A stretch of 64,000 nt of DNA from the human T2T-CHM13v2.0 reference genome, Homo sapiens: NCBI RefSeq assembly GCF_009914755.1, contig NC_060938.1; one strand, 5' to 3'. The first letter of the stretch is position 1. Every line of letters begins with the position of its first letter. The notes below the pieces were generated by a model, which was not told the origin of the DNA, made no database searches, and was given only the letters and a program-made list of their open reading frames with translations. Below, piece after piece: positions 27,285-42,420 of this stretch. Both the position numbers and the translations under genes were made by a program.

Positions 27285-27490
27285 TAGTAGAGATCCAGGC
27301 TACCTGAGTTTAAGACCCAACTCATCAATGTGCTAGTTTTGCAAATGCATAGATTTCCTTATGTCTTGGCTTTTTCATCTGCAAAACAGGGGCTATAATA
27401 ATAGGACTATTATCTTAGGAGTGTTGTAATGACAAAACTCAGTAAGTTAATATAGGTGTAATGCTTAGAAGAATGCCTTGAACTAAGATA
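27285..27490 (+). mobile_element. MIR SINE
   Basis: 'cctgagtttaagacccaactc...catctgcaaaacagggg...gtaatgcttagaagaatgcct'. Confidence 0.72.
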
Positions 27491-29721
27491 ATTTAAAAAA
27501 AAGTCTCAATAATTTATGACTGACATCAGTACTTCTCTGGAGGGAAAAGTATAATAGCAGTTGGGGTGAAGTTTACCAGAGGGTAGGATGGGATGCTACA
27601 GATGGAGGAAAAGGTCAAGAAAGATAGGACTCGGACTGTTAAATGCAGTCACTTTCCCCTGAAGTGTATTTTGAGCCTTTACCCAAATAGTAATTTGGCA
27701 CAGCAACTGTTATATCATTGCTTTGTGAGATAATAGTTTGATGCTTTTTATAATAAGAAGACTAGATATTGATGGAAAATGCCTGAGTCCGTTTTAAAGT
27801 AACTTGAATTTTCCAGAGAAAAAAAAATATTGAGTAACAAATTTTAAGACATTCTTTCATGATTGCAAAAACAACAAAATAGCCCCTGTTAAAACAACAA
27901 CAACAACAAAACCCGGTAAGAACATCAATCTATTAGCATATTGTGGAAAAAGGAAAATAATCCCTCACCTAAGGAGCATAATGCTATGCTCAGCTCTTTA
28001 CTTTAAAATATATAGGTATCCAAATAAAGCAGAGGGAAGAAAATAAAAGTAGATAGATAATATTGGAATTGAACAGTAAACTCAGGCACTTTGCAGCTGA
28101 CTGGGCTAATTATGGTAACGTGGATTCTAGAGCTATAAAATAACTTGTCAATTATTATTACTTTTCCACCATTCTCATTTACACAAATGAAGAAACAAGA
28201 CATAGCCCCCAACACCCAGATAAAAAGGCCAGAATAGTTGTCACGAAGTTCATGTCTTAAGTTAGTGTTTATCACACATAGAAAATCCTTTCAGAGAACA
28301 AATTGCTTTAACTTTAGATCCTTGTTATTAACACAATTGGGACTTGTTTGCTGTCTTCTCATCCCATGAGAGGTAGATTAACATGAAATTATACCACAAG
28401 TTGGTGAAAATATATAAATAGAATCCATATAATATTTATTAAATGTATAATATTCCATAAACTTATATGCAATATGATATATATTAAATATAAAAATCTG
28501 AAATATATAAATGTAAAATATAACAAATTAATTCAAGAAAAAAACAAAAAATATTCTACAAAAATAAAAATACAAGACACATAGCAGTCTTTAAAACAGG
28601 ATATTTGAACTAGCACCTCTAGCTCCAGAAGGGTAGTATAATACTATTTATTTTAGAGAATAATACGATAATGGATATTCACACTTATAAACTTAACACT
28701 GCATGAAAAGTTCAAATTATAAAGAAAAAAGTCAACATATTTAAGAAAGACTACTTTTCATTGTAAAGTTTTTTTATTGTCTATGTAAGTTTTTGTTTCT
28801 GTTATTTGTATTGTCTGCTCCCCAGATAAGCTTTTTTAAAAGGGAGAAGTGTAGATGGTTAAAGGAAAAATTCCATCTGGTATCAAAGTCACACTGGCAG
28901 TACTTTCAAATAACTATTTGCATAAAGGAGAATATCAACATTGTGATTTCACCTCTTACAGGTCTCAAGTACACTTGACTTAGATTCACTAGCAGTATGT
29001 GAGAGAGTGAAACAAGCAAGACCTTTCTCCTCTTTTTCTATACCTTTCAATAATAAATTATAACATGGCTTTGTCTGTATTCTTCTTTAGTTTTATTAGT
29101 GCTATTTTGGATCGCAAGAGTTTCATCCACCCTACCAGCTCCCCCCACCCCCACCCCTTTGCCTTTTCTTTCTTCACCATTGTTCTTCTCAACTACAAGA
29201 CCATCTGTTCACTTGGCAGATGTAAGTCAGTTTCATAATTGTTGTCATTCTTAGCATAGTGCAAACCCCGCACAATCCAGAGGACGAGAAGTACTACATT
29301 CATGAGTTAGCCAAATGTATATTGTTGTCGAAATTACTTGTCAAAACGTCAAAGGGAACAATATTTGATTTTCAAAGCACAGCAGACATGTATCCAGATT
29401 ACAATATGAGGGCTCTATTATGTTGTTACTTATGCAACGCATCATTCAGATTTTGACTAAAGTAAATGGCATGAGCTCTTGCAGCCTTTGATTTCTATTG
29501 TGTAAAAGGAAGATAGGAGTTAGTTACAAATTCCTTTGTTCAAGGAGTGAATTGAAAGGTTTTCTGAAGTATATCAAATACATGAATTTGGAAGACAGAA
29601 ATCCCTGGTATGAATGCACCTCACTTTTAAACAGCCCTAATATATGATCATTGGAATTTAAACATAAGATATATTAAAATAGGGAATTAGAGGATTTTCA
29701 AGACCAAAGACAATGAGACAT

Positions 29722-30572
<851 letters not shown>

Positions 30573-30999
30573 TCATTTATATCAGTTCAAAGTCAAACAA
30601 ATAGTGGCACATTAAGACTATAACCACAAAACTCCAGTTCCCTGCTCTTGTAAATAAAATATACCACTTATTTTCATCATTTTACATCACTCTCTTATGT
30701 TAAGGAAATGAACCAGAGTTCCTCTAAACAGTTGTTTGTGCTTTGCAGCTCAAATAGCAGACTGAAACTATTATTTGATGATACAAGTCAGTTATACACA
30801 GAACTTTTCAACAATGCATATACCACCCAGAGTTAGAAAGAGTAGGTGTTTAATTAACATAGTATAGTTGATGACAAAGATGATGATGATGCCAATCACA
30901 ACACATTCCTGAAGGCTTTATAAACTGCTTTTAATTACCAACTGATTTATGAAGTAATCTGAGCATACATACATTGAAGACAGATGAGTAAGAAACCAA

Positions 31000-31295
31000 C
31001 CAATTAGGATGTCTATTCATGTGAACCTTCACCAAACACTTATTAAGTGGTGACTCTAGGCTAGATGCTGGAGATAAAAGATAAATGGGGCATGGAATCT
31101 GCCCTGAATCAACTCACGGTGTAGTTGGCAAAACATATATACACATATATGTAAATTACCATATATTATGTCTTCTCATGTGCAAGAAAAGAAAATAAAG
31201 GAGGAAGCTGCTATCACTAGAAGGAGTATCAAGGCAAGATTACATAAAGAAGGTAGCATTTGAGATTGATTTTGAAGGATAATTAGGGTTTTGAA
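31000..31295 (-). mobile_element. L2 fragment
   Basis: 'caaacacttattaagtg...ctaggctagatgctggagata...ctgccctgaatcaactcac...ttgaaggataattagg'. Confidence 0.65.
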
Positions 31296-32295
31296 TATTC
31301 AGATAAATGGTAATAAACTTTATTTTTTCAGGAACCATAAAATGGTATCAGGTTAATCAAATTGAAAAAAATCTAGCAAAATTAGCTCCTAGGAAATTTA
31401 TATGCCAAATTATCATTTTTCTTCTCAAAATTTTCTTCTGCATTAAAAAATGTCAGCCTGAAGACAGACAACAAAACACCTCACAACCGGGCCAAAGGAT
31501 TGCTTTCCATGGTGAGAAGTCAAGCTCTGGACCTAAGTGTGTGGTGTCTTCACACTAAGTGCTTCAGGGATGCAAGCCCTCGCACCTACAACTTGCAGTC
31601 ATATAAAATAGAAGCTTCAGCTCTGGAGAGTTTCCAAACAGATGCCCCTTAATAAAATGTTGACATTTTCAAGAACTGCTAAGCCATATCACAAGTAAGC
31701 ACTTTAATTTGGGAATATTAAATTAACAGTAATCTAATTTTAGACATGCCAGAAAATGACTGATTTTCTTAAAGCAGATAAAGCCCACGTTTCTCTACAG
31801 AAATTCATGGTGAGCTTAAATTCCATAAATCTCTTGTCTTTGGCACTATTCATAGCTTTCCATTAGAACCAAACTTACAAGCAAGGTAAATTCAAATCGA
31901 GGGTCCTAGAATTATTTTATTGTGAACTAAGTTTCCTTCCAACTTTCTGACCTCAAGTGGGAGGCATAAAGGGCCTGAATTGTGGCGTATTACTGGAATT
32001 AGAGTCAAGGCATCAACAATGACATCTGTATACGAAGTGAGCCATAATTCCATGACCTGTAGAGCTGAAATTTTCTAATGTGTTATCCAGATAGTCATCA
32101 GAACAAAGTAAGGCAAGCTTTATATTTGCTGCTGCAATGATTGCTGTGCAAGACCAACTCTTTGTAACTTGAATCTGTCCATGTGTTTACCTTTGGGCAA
32201 TACGGACCGCACTTCACTCTTTCATCACAGCAACAACCTTTAAATTATACCTCGTGGACTTATTTATTCACAATATACCCTAAGTATTATGTCCT

Positions 32296-32297
<2 letters not shown>

Positions 32298-32343
<46 letters not shown>
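32298..32343. repeat. (TG)n microsatellite
   Basis: About 23 perfect units. Confidence 0.98.
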
Positions 32344-32345
<2 letters not shown>

Positions 32346-33799
32346 TACGTGAGAATACTCAGATGATAAATCCTTTATATTAAGATTTTCTTTGCATTGT
32401 TTTTAAACCAAAAGATATTCTAATCCTTTATTCTCAAAAACTTCCCCAAATCTGCCCCTTCTTAAAATTATCGGTCATCTTTTAAATCTTCTTAAAATCC
32501 TTCATTCCTGCACACGGAATCCAAAGCATTTATATTATATTAAATAAATATATTTTGAAATGTATACATTGAATGTAAAAAAGGGAAAATATTCCCTTGA
32601 AATTTGGTCTTACAAGATGTAATAGCTGATTATATGTATTACTTTGGATTGAAAGAATTGTGAGAACTTTTAGTATGAATGAATTTTGGAGCCTATATAA
32701 AATTTATGTTAATATGTTCAAAAAATACATACCTTAAATTTTAAATACAATATAGCTAACATTAGCTGGCATTTCACATTTTATACAATTACACATTTAA
32801 CTGGATGAACCATTGTATTTTATAATTTAAGTGGATAAACCATTCTATTTTAAAATCTATATAGGAAAGAATATACATATATATGCACACAATATGTGTG
32901 TGTATATATACACATACACACAAATATCTATAACTTTTAAAAGGCGATGCACATATTTCCTGTTTTAATTGAACATGTTAAGTGTATAGAGTAAAAATGC
33001 AAATAATCTTAATCATTATATGTGTTAAGAAAACAAATATGTGTGCATGCATATATTTATACTTTAGAGAATTGGCTTTTTCACCTACACACACAGAGAG
33101 ATAGATCAAGCGAGAGAGGTGTATGACTTGAAGAAGAGACACGATGATGTAACTGAAAAGCATGAAGCTAGAAGATTCATGGAAACCTGAGTTCCAATTC
33201 TGATGCTTCTGTGTACTGGCTATTTGGTCAAGGCAAGTCAAAATGGAGCTGGACTTGAGTCTCTACTTTGCAAGATGAGTGGATTGAGTTAGGTGATATC
33301 AAGCATTTTCTCTAATTCTTATACATATTATAATTCTAAAACATTTCCATGATTATTACTCTTAAATACTTTACTTGTAGAAGATTCTATGTAGGAGTGG
33401 GTATTTTGGTTTTCAGAGCTGAATTGTTTTCTCATTGAAGCACTATCTTCAGATTTTAACATCTACACTTTATCATTGGGCCTGTTAGTAGAAAAATACA
33501 TTCATGGGAATTTTTCATGAATAGGTGAATGCGGTGAAATATTTTTTTGTTGTTGTTATAACAACCAAAAGGATTGGCAGGATAGGCTGCCATCATTTTA
33601 TGAAAATCTTAAATGCTTTTGAGAAAGTTTTGTAAGAAACAAAATGTGTATGTTTGGGGAATCCCATTCATTGCTTGAGTGTCTTTTTCTCAGGTTTACA
33701 GAATTCTATTGATTTGAGGAATATTCAATAAATAATAATATGGCTGTTAACTAAGACTTTATGAAAAATTTTAAGTAACAGTATTTCAATGTGTATTCA

Positions 33800-35240
33800 C
33801 ATCTCTAGCAAGTACTTATTAAGCTACTGTGTGCCAAGCACTTTTTTATGCTCTGAAGAAGTAAAGAAAAGAGTCCCTACTCTCCAAGAGAGATGAGTAG
33901 AGAGTATGGCAGGTGATAAAAAAGCATTATAGAGAAAATTAAAAGTAGAATAAGGTAATAGCAAAATGATACAGTGGTGTTATTATACACAGGGTGCCTA
34001 GAGCAGCTCTCTCAGGAACGTTGAGCACAAGACTGAATGAAGTGAGGGAAGAAGCCATGCTAAAGGAACAGAAAAAACAAACGTTTTAGGGAAGAGCAAA
34101 CACGGTGCTTCTGTTGGACAGCAATCAAAGTAGGAGGGCTAGAACGGTGTAAGTGAGGAGAAAAGTGGTAGAAGATCAGGGCAGAAAAGTAGCTGAAGAT
34201 GCTCCCATGTAGATCCTGATGGTTTTGTTCTCAGTGTGATTGGAAGTGAGATGGAGCAGGGACCCTTTATTTTAGGGGCATGCAGCCCTCAAGCATGAAA
34301 ATAAAGGAAAACCTTGGATTCCTTCAGAAGAAATTCTTGAATTCCTTCAAAGGAAATTCCAGGCGTCTACCTATCCCAGAGATAAGCAAGAAAGTAACAG
34401 TACCCTAAAACAATAGCCAAGCACGTTAAGAGTCAAGAGATGTTTGGTTCCCTATAGAAACTAAAAGTGACAACTTAAAATATGTCCCTGAGTTGTTTTT
34501 CAGAAACCCAGATCCTCACTGAATAGATCCACTGGCCCATAGACCTCAGTTAAGAGGGAACTGAAGACTGAACTTATGCTGCCACCATTCTTTTTTTTCT
34601 AAATTTCTTCCTATGGGGCCTTGAGGGAGTCACACTCATGAGCCAGAGATAACATTCTTTTCTGCTGACCCACAATTTTTAAACAAAGCTTCTCTTCCCA
34701 GCCAATAGCTAATCAGAAATTCTTTGAATCTATCCACAACATGTAAGCCCCTCGCTTCAAGATATCCAACCCTTTAAACCAAAGCCAATGTGTAACTTCC
34801 ATGTATTGCTTTACAATTTTGCATATAACTTCTGATTTCCTGAAATTTACCCCTGCCTTTAAAAACCCTTACCTGCAAACCCTCAGAGATCTCTGGACTT
34901 AAGCATTAGCAACCTGGCCTTTCTTGCTTGGTGCCCTGCAAATAAATGCTTTCCTTTCTATTGCTACAAAACCTTGGTGTGGAATCTGGTCTTACTGTGC
35001 TGGGCAAGTGACCCAGGTTAAATTATATATAACAGAAGTTACCGATGAGTTTGAAACAGAATTGTGACATGATCTGACTTACATTTTAAAGGGAATTATC
35101 TGGTTTCTCTGTGCAATAGACTATAGAATGGCAAGAGAGTAAGCAGAGAGATCATAAGGGAGCCTCTGCAATTATTCAAGTGAGATATGAAGATGCCTCC
35201 TCCATCAGTATTAGTTGGAAAACTGGTTAGATGGAAAGTT
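33800..35240 (-). mobile_element. L2 split by an LTR insertion
   Basis: 'caagtacttattaagctactgtgtgccaagcac'... reads continuously across the LTR: 'gtgtgattggaag|ttacc...gtgacatgatctgacttacattttaaag'. Confidence 0.78.
34247..35034 (+). mobile_element. ERV1 MER4-group solo LTR (~790 bp)
   Basis: TG...CA termini ('tgagatggagcagggacc'...'tataaca'), perfect 4-bp TSD gaag, TATA-like 'ctttaaaaa', 'aataaa' near the 3' end. Confidence 0.85.
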
Positions 35241-35257
35241 TATTCCTGCAATTTTTC

Positions 35258-38145
35258 TTTTTTTTTTTCCTTTCTCCATAGGTTATTCGGGGGTACAGAT
35301 GGTGCTTGGTTGCATGAGTAAGTTCTTTAGTGGTGATTTGTGAAATTTTGGTGCACCTATCACCCACGCAGTACACATTACACCCTATTTTTAGTCTTCC
35401 ATCCCTTGCCCCTCTCCCACCCTTCCCCCCAAGTCCCCAAAGTCCATTGTATCATTCTTATGCCTTTGCATCCTCATAGCTTAGCTCGCACATATCAGAG
35501 AGAACATATGATGTTTGATTTTCCATCCCTGAGTTACTTTACTTAGAATAATAGTCTGCAAAATCATCCAGGTAGCTGCTTATGCCATTAATCCATTCCT
35601 TTTTATGGCTGAGTAGTATTCTATTATATCACACTTTCTTTATCCACTCATTGATTGATGCCATTTGGGTTGGTTCTGCGATTTTGCAATTTCAAATTGT
35701 GCTGCTATAAACATGAGTGTGCAAGTATCTTTTTTGTATAATGACTTATTTTCCTCTGGGTAGATACCCAGGAGTGGGATTGCTGGATCAAATGGTAACT
35801 CTACTTTCAGTTCTTTAAGGAATGTCCACACTGTTTTCCATAGTGGTGTGCTAGTTTACCTTCCCACCAGCAATGTAGAATTGTTCCCTGATCACTGCAT
35901 TCATGCCAACATCTATTTTTTGTTTTTTTTTTTATTATGGTCATTCTTACAGGAGTAAGATGGTATCACATTATGGTTTTGATTTGCATTTCCCTGATCA
36001 TTAGTGATATTAGCACTTTTTCATATGTTTCTTGGCCATTTGTATTTCTTCTTTTGAGAATTGTCTATTCATGTCCTTAGCCCACATTTTGATGGGATGT
36101 TTGTTTTTTCTTGCTGATTTGTTTGCGTTTGTTGTAGATTCTGGAAAGTAGTCCTTTGTCAGATGTATACATTGTGAAGACTTTCTCCCACTCTGTGGGT
36201 TATCTGTTTACTCTGCTGACTGTTATTTTGCCATGCAAAAGCTCTTTAGTTTAATTAAGTCCCAGCTATTTATCTTTGTTTTTATTTTGGGTTCTTGGTC
36301 ATAAAATCCTTGTCTAAGCAAATATCTACAAGGGTTTTTCCAATGTTATCTTCTAGAATTTTTATAGTTTAATGTCTTAGGTTTAAGTCCTTAATCCATC
36401 TTGAGTTGATTTTTGTATAAGCTGAGAGGTTAGGACCCAGATTTATTCTCCGACATGTGGCTAGTCAATGTCCCAGAACCATTTGTTGAAAAGAGTGTCC
36501 TTTCCTTTATGTTTTTGCTTGCTTTGTCAAAGATTAGTTCACTGTATTTGGCTTTATTTCTGGGTTCTCTATTCTGTTACATTGGTCTATGTACCTATTT
36601 TTACACCAGTACCACGCTGTTTTGGTGACTATGGCCTTACAGTATAGTTTGAAATCAGGTAATGTGATGCCTCCAGATTTGTTCTTTTTGCTTAATCTTG
36701 CTTTGGCTATGCGGGCTTTTTTGTTTGTTTGTTTTTTGATTCCACATGAGTTTTAGAATTGTTTTTTCTAAATCTGTGAAGAATAATGGTGGTATTTGGA
36801 TGGGGATTACACTGAATTTGTAGATTGCTTTTGGCAGTATGGTTATTTTTCACAATACTGATTCTACCCATCCATGAGCATGGGATGTGTTTCCATTTCC
36901 TTGTGTCAATTATGATTTTTTTCAGGAGTGTTTTTTAGTTTTCCTTGTAGAGTTCTTTCACCTCCTTGGTTGGGTATATTCCTGAGTATTTTATTTTTAT
37001 TTTTTTGCAGCTATTGTAAAAGGGGCTGAGTTCTTGATTTGATTCTCCATTTGGTCATTGTTGGTGTATGGAAGAGCTACTGATTTGTGTACATTAATTT
37101 TGCATCTGGGAACTTTGCTGAATTCTTTTATCAGTTCTAGGATCTTTCTGGAGAAGTCTTTAGGGTTTGTGAGGTAAACAATCATATCATCAACAAGCAG
37201 TGAGAGTTTGACTTCCTCTTTAGGATTTGGATGTCCTTTATTTCTTTCTGCTATGTGATTGCTCTGGTTTGGACTTCCAGTATTATGTTGAAGAGGAGTG
37301 GTGAGACCGGACATCCTTGTCTTATTCCAGTTCTCAGAGTGAATGCTTTCAACTTTTCCCCATTCAGTATTATGTTGGCTGAAGGTTTGTCATAGATGGC
37401 TTTTATTACATTGAGTTATTTCCCTTGTATGCTGATTAACCAAGAAAAACAGAGAGAAAATCCAAATAACCTCATTAAGAAACAAAACAGGAGATATTAC
37501 AACTGACACCACAGAAATACAAAAGATCATTCAGGGCTGTTATGAACATCTTTATGCACATAAACTAGAAAACCTAGAAGAGATGAATAAATTCCTGGAA
37601 AAATACAACCCTCCTAGCTTAAATCAGGAAGAATTAGATGCCCTGAACAGACCAAAAACAAGCAGCAAGATTGAAATGGTAATTAAAAAATTATCAACAA
37701 AAAGGTTCAGAATCAGACAGATTTACAGCAGAATTCTACCAGACATTCAAAGAGGAGTTGGTACCAATCCTACTGACACTATTCCACAAGATAGAGAAAG
37801 AGGGAACCTTCCCTAATTTATTCTCTGAAGCCAGCATCACTCTAATACCAAAACCAGAAACCACATAAGCAAAAAAGAAAACTACAGACCGATATCCCTG
37901 ATGAACATAGATGCTAATATCCTTAACAAAATACTAGCTAACCGAATCCAACAACGTATCAAAAAGATAATCCACCATGATCAAGTGGGTTGCATATTAG
38001 GGATGTATGGATGGTTTAACATACGCAAGTCAATAAATGTGATATACCACATAAACAGAATTAAAAACAAAAATCACATGATAATCTGAATAGATGCAGA
38101 AAAAAAAATTAGACAAAATCCAGCATCCCTTTATGGTTAAAACTC
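35258..38145 (-). mobile_element. L1PB (L1PB1-like) with 5' inversion: antisense 35258-37437, inverted sense segment 37434-38145
   Basis: L1PB 3' UTR 'ccataggttatt...gagtaagttctttagtggtgatttg'; ORF2 RT remnants on both strands ([18 protein letters not shown]; EVKLSLLVDDMIVYL); TSD cctgcaatttttc/cctgaagtttttc. Confidence 0.95.
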
Positions 38146-39570
38146 CCTGAAGTTTTTCAAAATGGAGATTGCAGACCTTTCTGTTCTGGGGTGAAATGAT
38201 CATGAAGTTAAATCTCTGTGTCCAAGAAAAGTTGTAAAACTTCTGGAATTTTGATCAACACAATATGATTCTTGATTATCACAAAGATCTTGAACATTTT
38301 TAGATGTAAATTATTACAATCATTAGGATAGGAATTATTTTTAAAAATTCCTGCCTGCAGTCCATTAAATGTCACACACTTTAAATTAACTTCCTTACTT
38401 TAAATATTTGTACCAAATGATTATTCCTTAGCAACCATACATATTGATTTATTTATTACATTTAGTAATATGCTTATTAGAAAAATTGTGTCTTAAAAAC
38501 TACTGCAACTGATATATGTTTCTAGATAACATGTTCAGATATAACAGTCAATTTTTTTTTTTGAAAAATTAAGGTTAACCAGCTATTATCGTAATGCTCA
38601 AACCCTAAAATATGGCTAATATGTATTTATATAAGTAAAATAACATCCAGACATGTATACTTTTAAGATATTAAGTAAGTCTCTAATAACTTCATATATT
38701 TAAAATCCCCTTTAGAGTCTAGTGAAGTATTTTTTACATTTAGTTTCTGGACCATATGTACAATCACTTCAAAAATCTTTTGGTGACATAATTTTTTTTC
38801 GGTTTGAGTATTGGTTGCTAAGGTAACGTGCTTTTTTTCTTTTTTTTCCCCTCTGCTAACAACTGACTACATTGGGTATGTAACATGAGTCTCCTGGGCA
38901 CTTAGAACCTGATCACCCCCACTCTCATTTGCTGGACCTTCTTTGTATCCAATGTCTAATTTTCAGATTTCTGCCCTTGTGTCAGCTAACCCAAGTCCTC
39001 TTGCTAACTGTATATGTATACCCTTGTTCTCACTGAATAAGGACTTGATTGTGCATTGATTAAAGTGGCTTATTTTACCATTAAAGCAAATTACACAGAA
39101 ATGGCATTTCCTATCAAACAAAGAAAAATAATACCATAATAACACAAACTTGACACTTCCCTAATCCTTTAATCTGACAATCTCAGCACACTTAACAAAT
39201 AGTAATTAATTAACCCTTACAACATTCCTGTCAGGAAAGCTGATTACACCCATTTCACCAACAAAATGCCAAGGGGTAACATAACTTGGGCAAGATTACA
39301 CAGTCTGCTTGTGAACAGACCGGAGACTAACTCAGCAGCTGTGACCCAGGCTCCCAGCCAGTCAGCAAGCAGTCAACAAGTACTAATCAGGAGAACATAT
39401 TGTTTCTGCTTACACCACAAACATTCCCATTTTGTAAGAAACCCCTGCATGGCCATTCAGACAAAGGTGTTACTATATTCAGTCATCATTCTCATTGAAG
39501 GTTATCACCGAGAGGAAAGTAACTTGAAAATTTCGAAGTGCATCTTGTTGAGGGTACTGATGCGATTAAA

Positions 39571-39835
39571 AGAAGAAGAAGCAGCAGAAGAAGAAGGAGG
39601 AGGAGGAGGAGGAGGAGGAGAAGGAGGAGAAGGAGGAGAAGAAGGAGGAGAAGGAGGAGGAGAAGAAGGAGGAGCAGAAGAAGAAGGAGGAGGAGGAGGA
39701 AGAGGAAGAAGGAGAAGGAGGAGGAGGAGGAGGAAGAGGAAGAAGAAGAAGAAGAGGAAGAGGAAGAAGATGAAGAAGAAGAAGAAGAAGAGGAAGAAGA
39801 AGAAGAAAGAGAAGAAAGGAGAAGAAGAAGAAGAA
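39571..39835. repeat. Compound (GAA/GGA)n polypurine repeat
   Basis: About 265 bp almost entirely G/A. Confidence 0.98.
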
Positions 39836-40013
39836 AACCCTGTTAAATGTTAACTAGTAAAATATGACCAAGGAAGAGATTTGACTTGATGGGGGAATGC
39901 TGGTGCCTTAGGGTGCCGTCTGGATGGGTTACAAATTGTAGTAGTCAATGAATTCAATGGCTTTTTATTTTCCTGATAAATTTACATGCATGTCTCTTAA
40001 TTTCAAGAAGATA

Positions 40014-40017
<4 letters not shown>

Positions 40018-40050
<33 letters not shown>
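40018..40050. repeat. Poly-T tract
   Basis: About 33 T. Confidence 0.95.
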
Positions 40051-40053
<3 letters not shown>

Positions 40054-40630
40054 ATTTGCCAGCCTGTGAAGAAGACATAAAGCCATTTGGGAATATTGCT
40101 GGGTATATCCATCCAGTTAGGAAGTTCTTTCTTTTTTCTGTAAACAGTAAGACTGTTCCCAGTAACATGGCCTCGTCAAAAACTGTTAAATTAGATCCCA
40201 TAGTGTTTGTGGGGATGGTAAACGTCACACTGACATGGTACTTAGTAAGTCTGTAATCACAAAACTGCAGTCAGTTTCTGACATGAAGGGCAGAAACCCC
40301 ACATCATTTCCCTTCTCATGCTGTTCCAGAATATATAAACAAATCAAGCCCCTCTTTAAAAGTTAGATTTTTTCAGAAGTGTCTTTAATAAGATTTTGAT
40401 TTTTAGCAATATTTCATATGGCATTCCCTGCCTGAGACTCCATGCTTATTTTGGCTGCAAATGGTCAACATCTGATGTGCATTTAGGCCATTATCTTAAA
40501 CACATAATAGAGAAATATAATCAAACACTGCCATTCTTCTTCTTGACCACAGCTCCCTGTATTTCTACTTATCCTTCTGCTTTGACCTGAATGAGTTAGC
40601 TTTTCTACCTCTATAAAGATTTCAATTCTC

Positions 40631-41015
<385 letters not shown>

Positions 41016-41141
41016 TCAGACCACCAGAATCCTAAGCCCAGCCATTTCAACAATGTTGTCTCCAGTATGCTACATTCTCTCATTCTCCTGGAGATACTGC
41101 TGCGGCTACTTTTCCACTCTCCAACCTCAAGGAAACACTGT

Positions 41142-41330
41142 TATTTTCTGCGTTCTTTTCTCACCTCTTCACCTGTTCATTCTCTGATCTTTTCTGCTTT
41201 CTTTTCTCACGTCTTCACCTGTTCATTCTCTGATCTTTTCTGCATTCTTTTCTCACCTTTCCACTTGTTCGTTCTCTGATCTTTTCTGCATTCTTTTCTC
41301 ACCTCTCCACCTGTTCATTCTCTGATCTTT
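41142..41330. repeat. 46-bp minisatellite, ~4.1 copies
   Basis: Unit ~tcttttctgcattcttttctcacctcttcacctgttcattctctga at 41142, 41188, 41234, 41280. Confidence 0.95.
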
Positions 41331-42289
41331 CGTGAGGCATTTATTCATTGTCTTTTACATGTCAGACCCTGAATTGTGACACTCGGGGGATTTAGTGATG
41401 GATCTGCCATAGACTGCACACAGGAGGGCACACAATTCATACATGGCAGAGTGTTATAGAGCAGCAAGTATAGAATCCCTACATCCAAGTGACTCCACAG
41501 AGGCTATTCCAAATACTTTCCACTTGCTTGGATCCTTCCTCTGCTGGTTATGAATGCTTCCTACCTGTTGATACAAGCCACAGCCACAACGTTTCTTCTT
41601 TCTGTTTCATAATTTCTCATATTTATTCTTTGTTTTCCATGCCTCTGGTGCATCTGGTATAGCACCTTGTACATAGTAAGGTATAAATAAGTGGGAGCTG
41701 ATGCCACCTTCTCAGTGAGATCTTTCCTAATAACACTGTTAGCACATCCCAACAATCCCAGTTTCACTCACCCAGTATTTTTTCCTTGCCAATTCTCCCC
41801 ATGCAAGGTTCCAAACATTTGTTTTGCATATCACCTATATCCTCTGACTAGAATGAAAGTTTCACGAGGGCAGAAATTTTGGACTGATTTGTGCACTGTG
41901 TGTATGCATGATGCAGTCATAATTTAAGGAGAACTTGCTGCATAAACTCTGATCCTATTTCTACCTCTGACTTTGACTCAATCTTGCTATACAATTCTGA
42001 AACCTTAACACTTTTCACTGCCTGATAAGCGCACTTGCTAAATTGCCCTAAACTTAGAGAAAGCAGAGAATTTTTTTTAAAACAGAAAATCAAATAAGTA
42101 TACAATAACTAATAAATAGAAGCTGTAAGATCAGATAATGATAAGTACAACCGTGAAAATGATTCAGGAGAAACAGATATGGAGGAATGAGTTTTGCTAT
42201 TTTTCCTGAGGTCGTCAGAGCAAGCATCAATAAAGAGGTGATATTTTAGTAGTCTCAACAGATACAACTCAGTCTGTCACAAACTAATG

Positions 42290-42420
42290 TTCACACAAGT
42301 TAGCTGAGGCTCAGGCTGAGATAAAGTTTCTGATTCATTAGGTCTGAGGTGGGGCTGGAGAATCTGCATTTCTAACAGGCTTCCAGGTTATTCCCATACC
42401 TCTGCCTGTGGAACTGGGAT
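42290..42420. mobile_element. MER5A hAT DNA transposon fragment
   Basis: 'tttctgattcattaggtctgaggtggggctggagaatctgcatttctaacaggcttccaggt'. Confidence 0.8.

Noticed and set aside
39266-39853. 195-aa and 102-aa ORFs, the longest in the window
   Set aside because: Their length comes from the stop-free GAA/GGA repeat; the N-terminal part overlaps MIR-like sequence and shows no recognisable domain
41142-41330. CRISPR-like array
   Set aside because: Contiguous tandem units with no unique spacers, primate DNA, no cas genes
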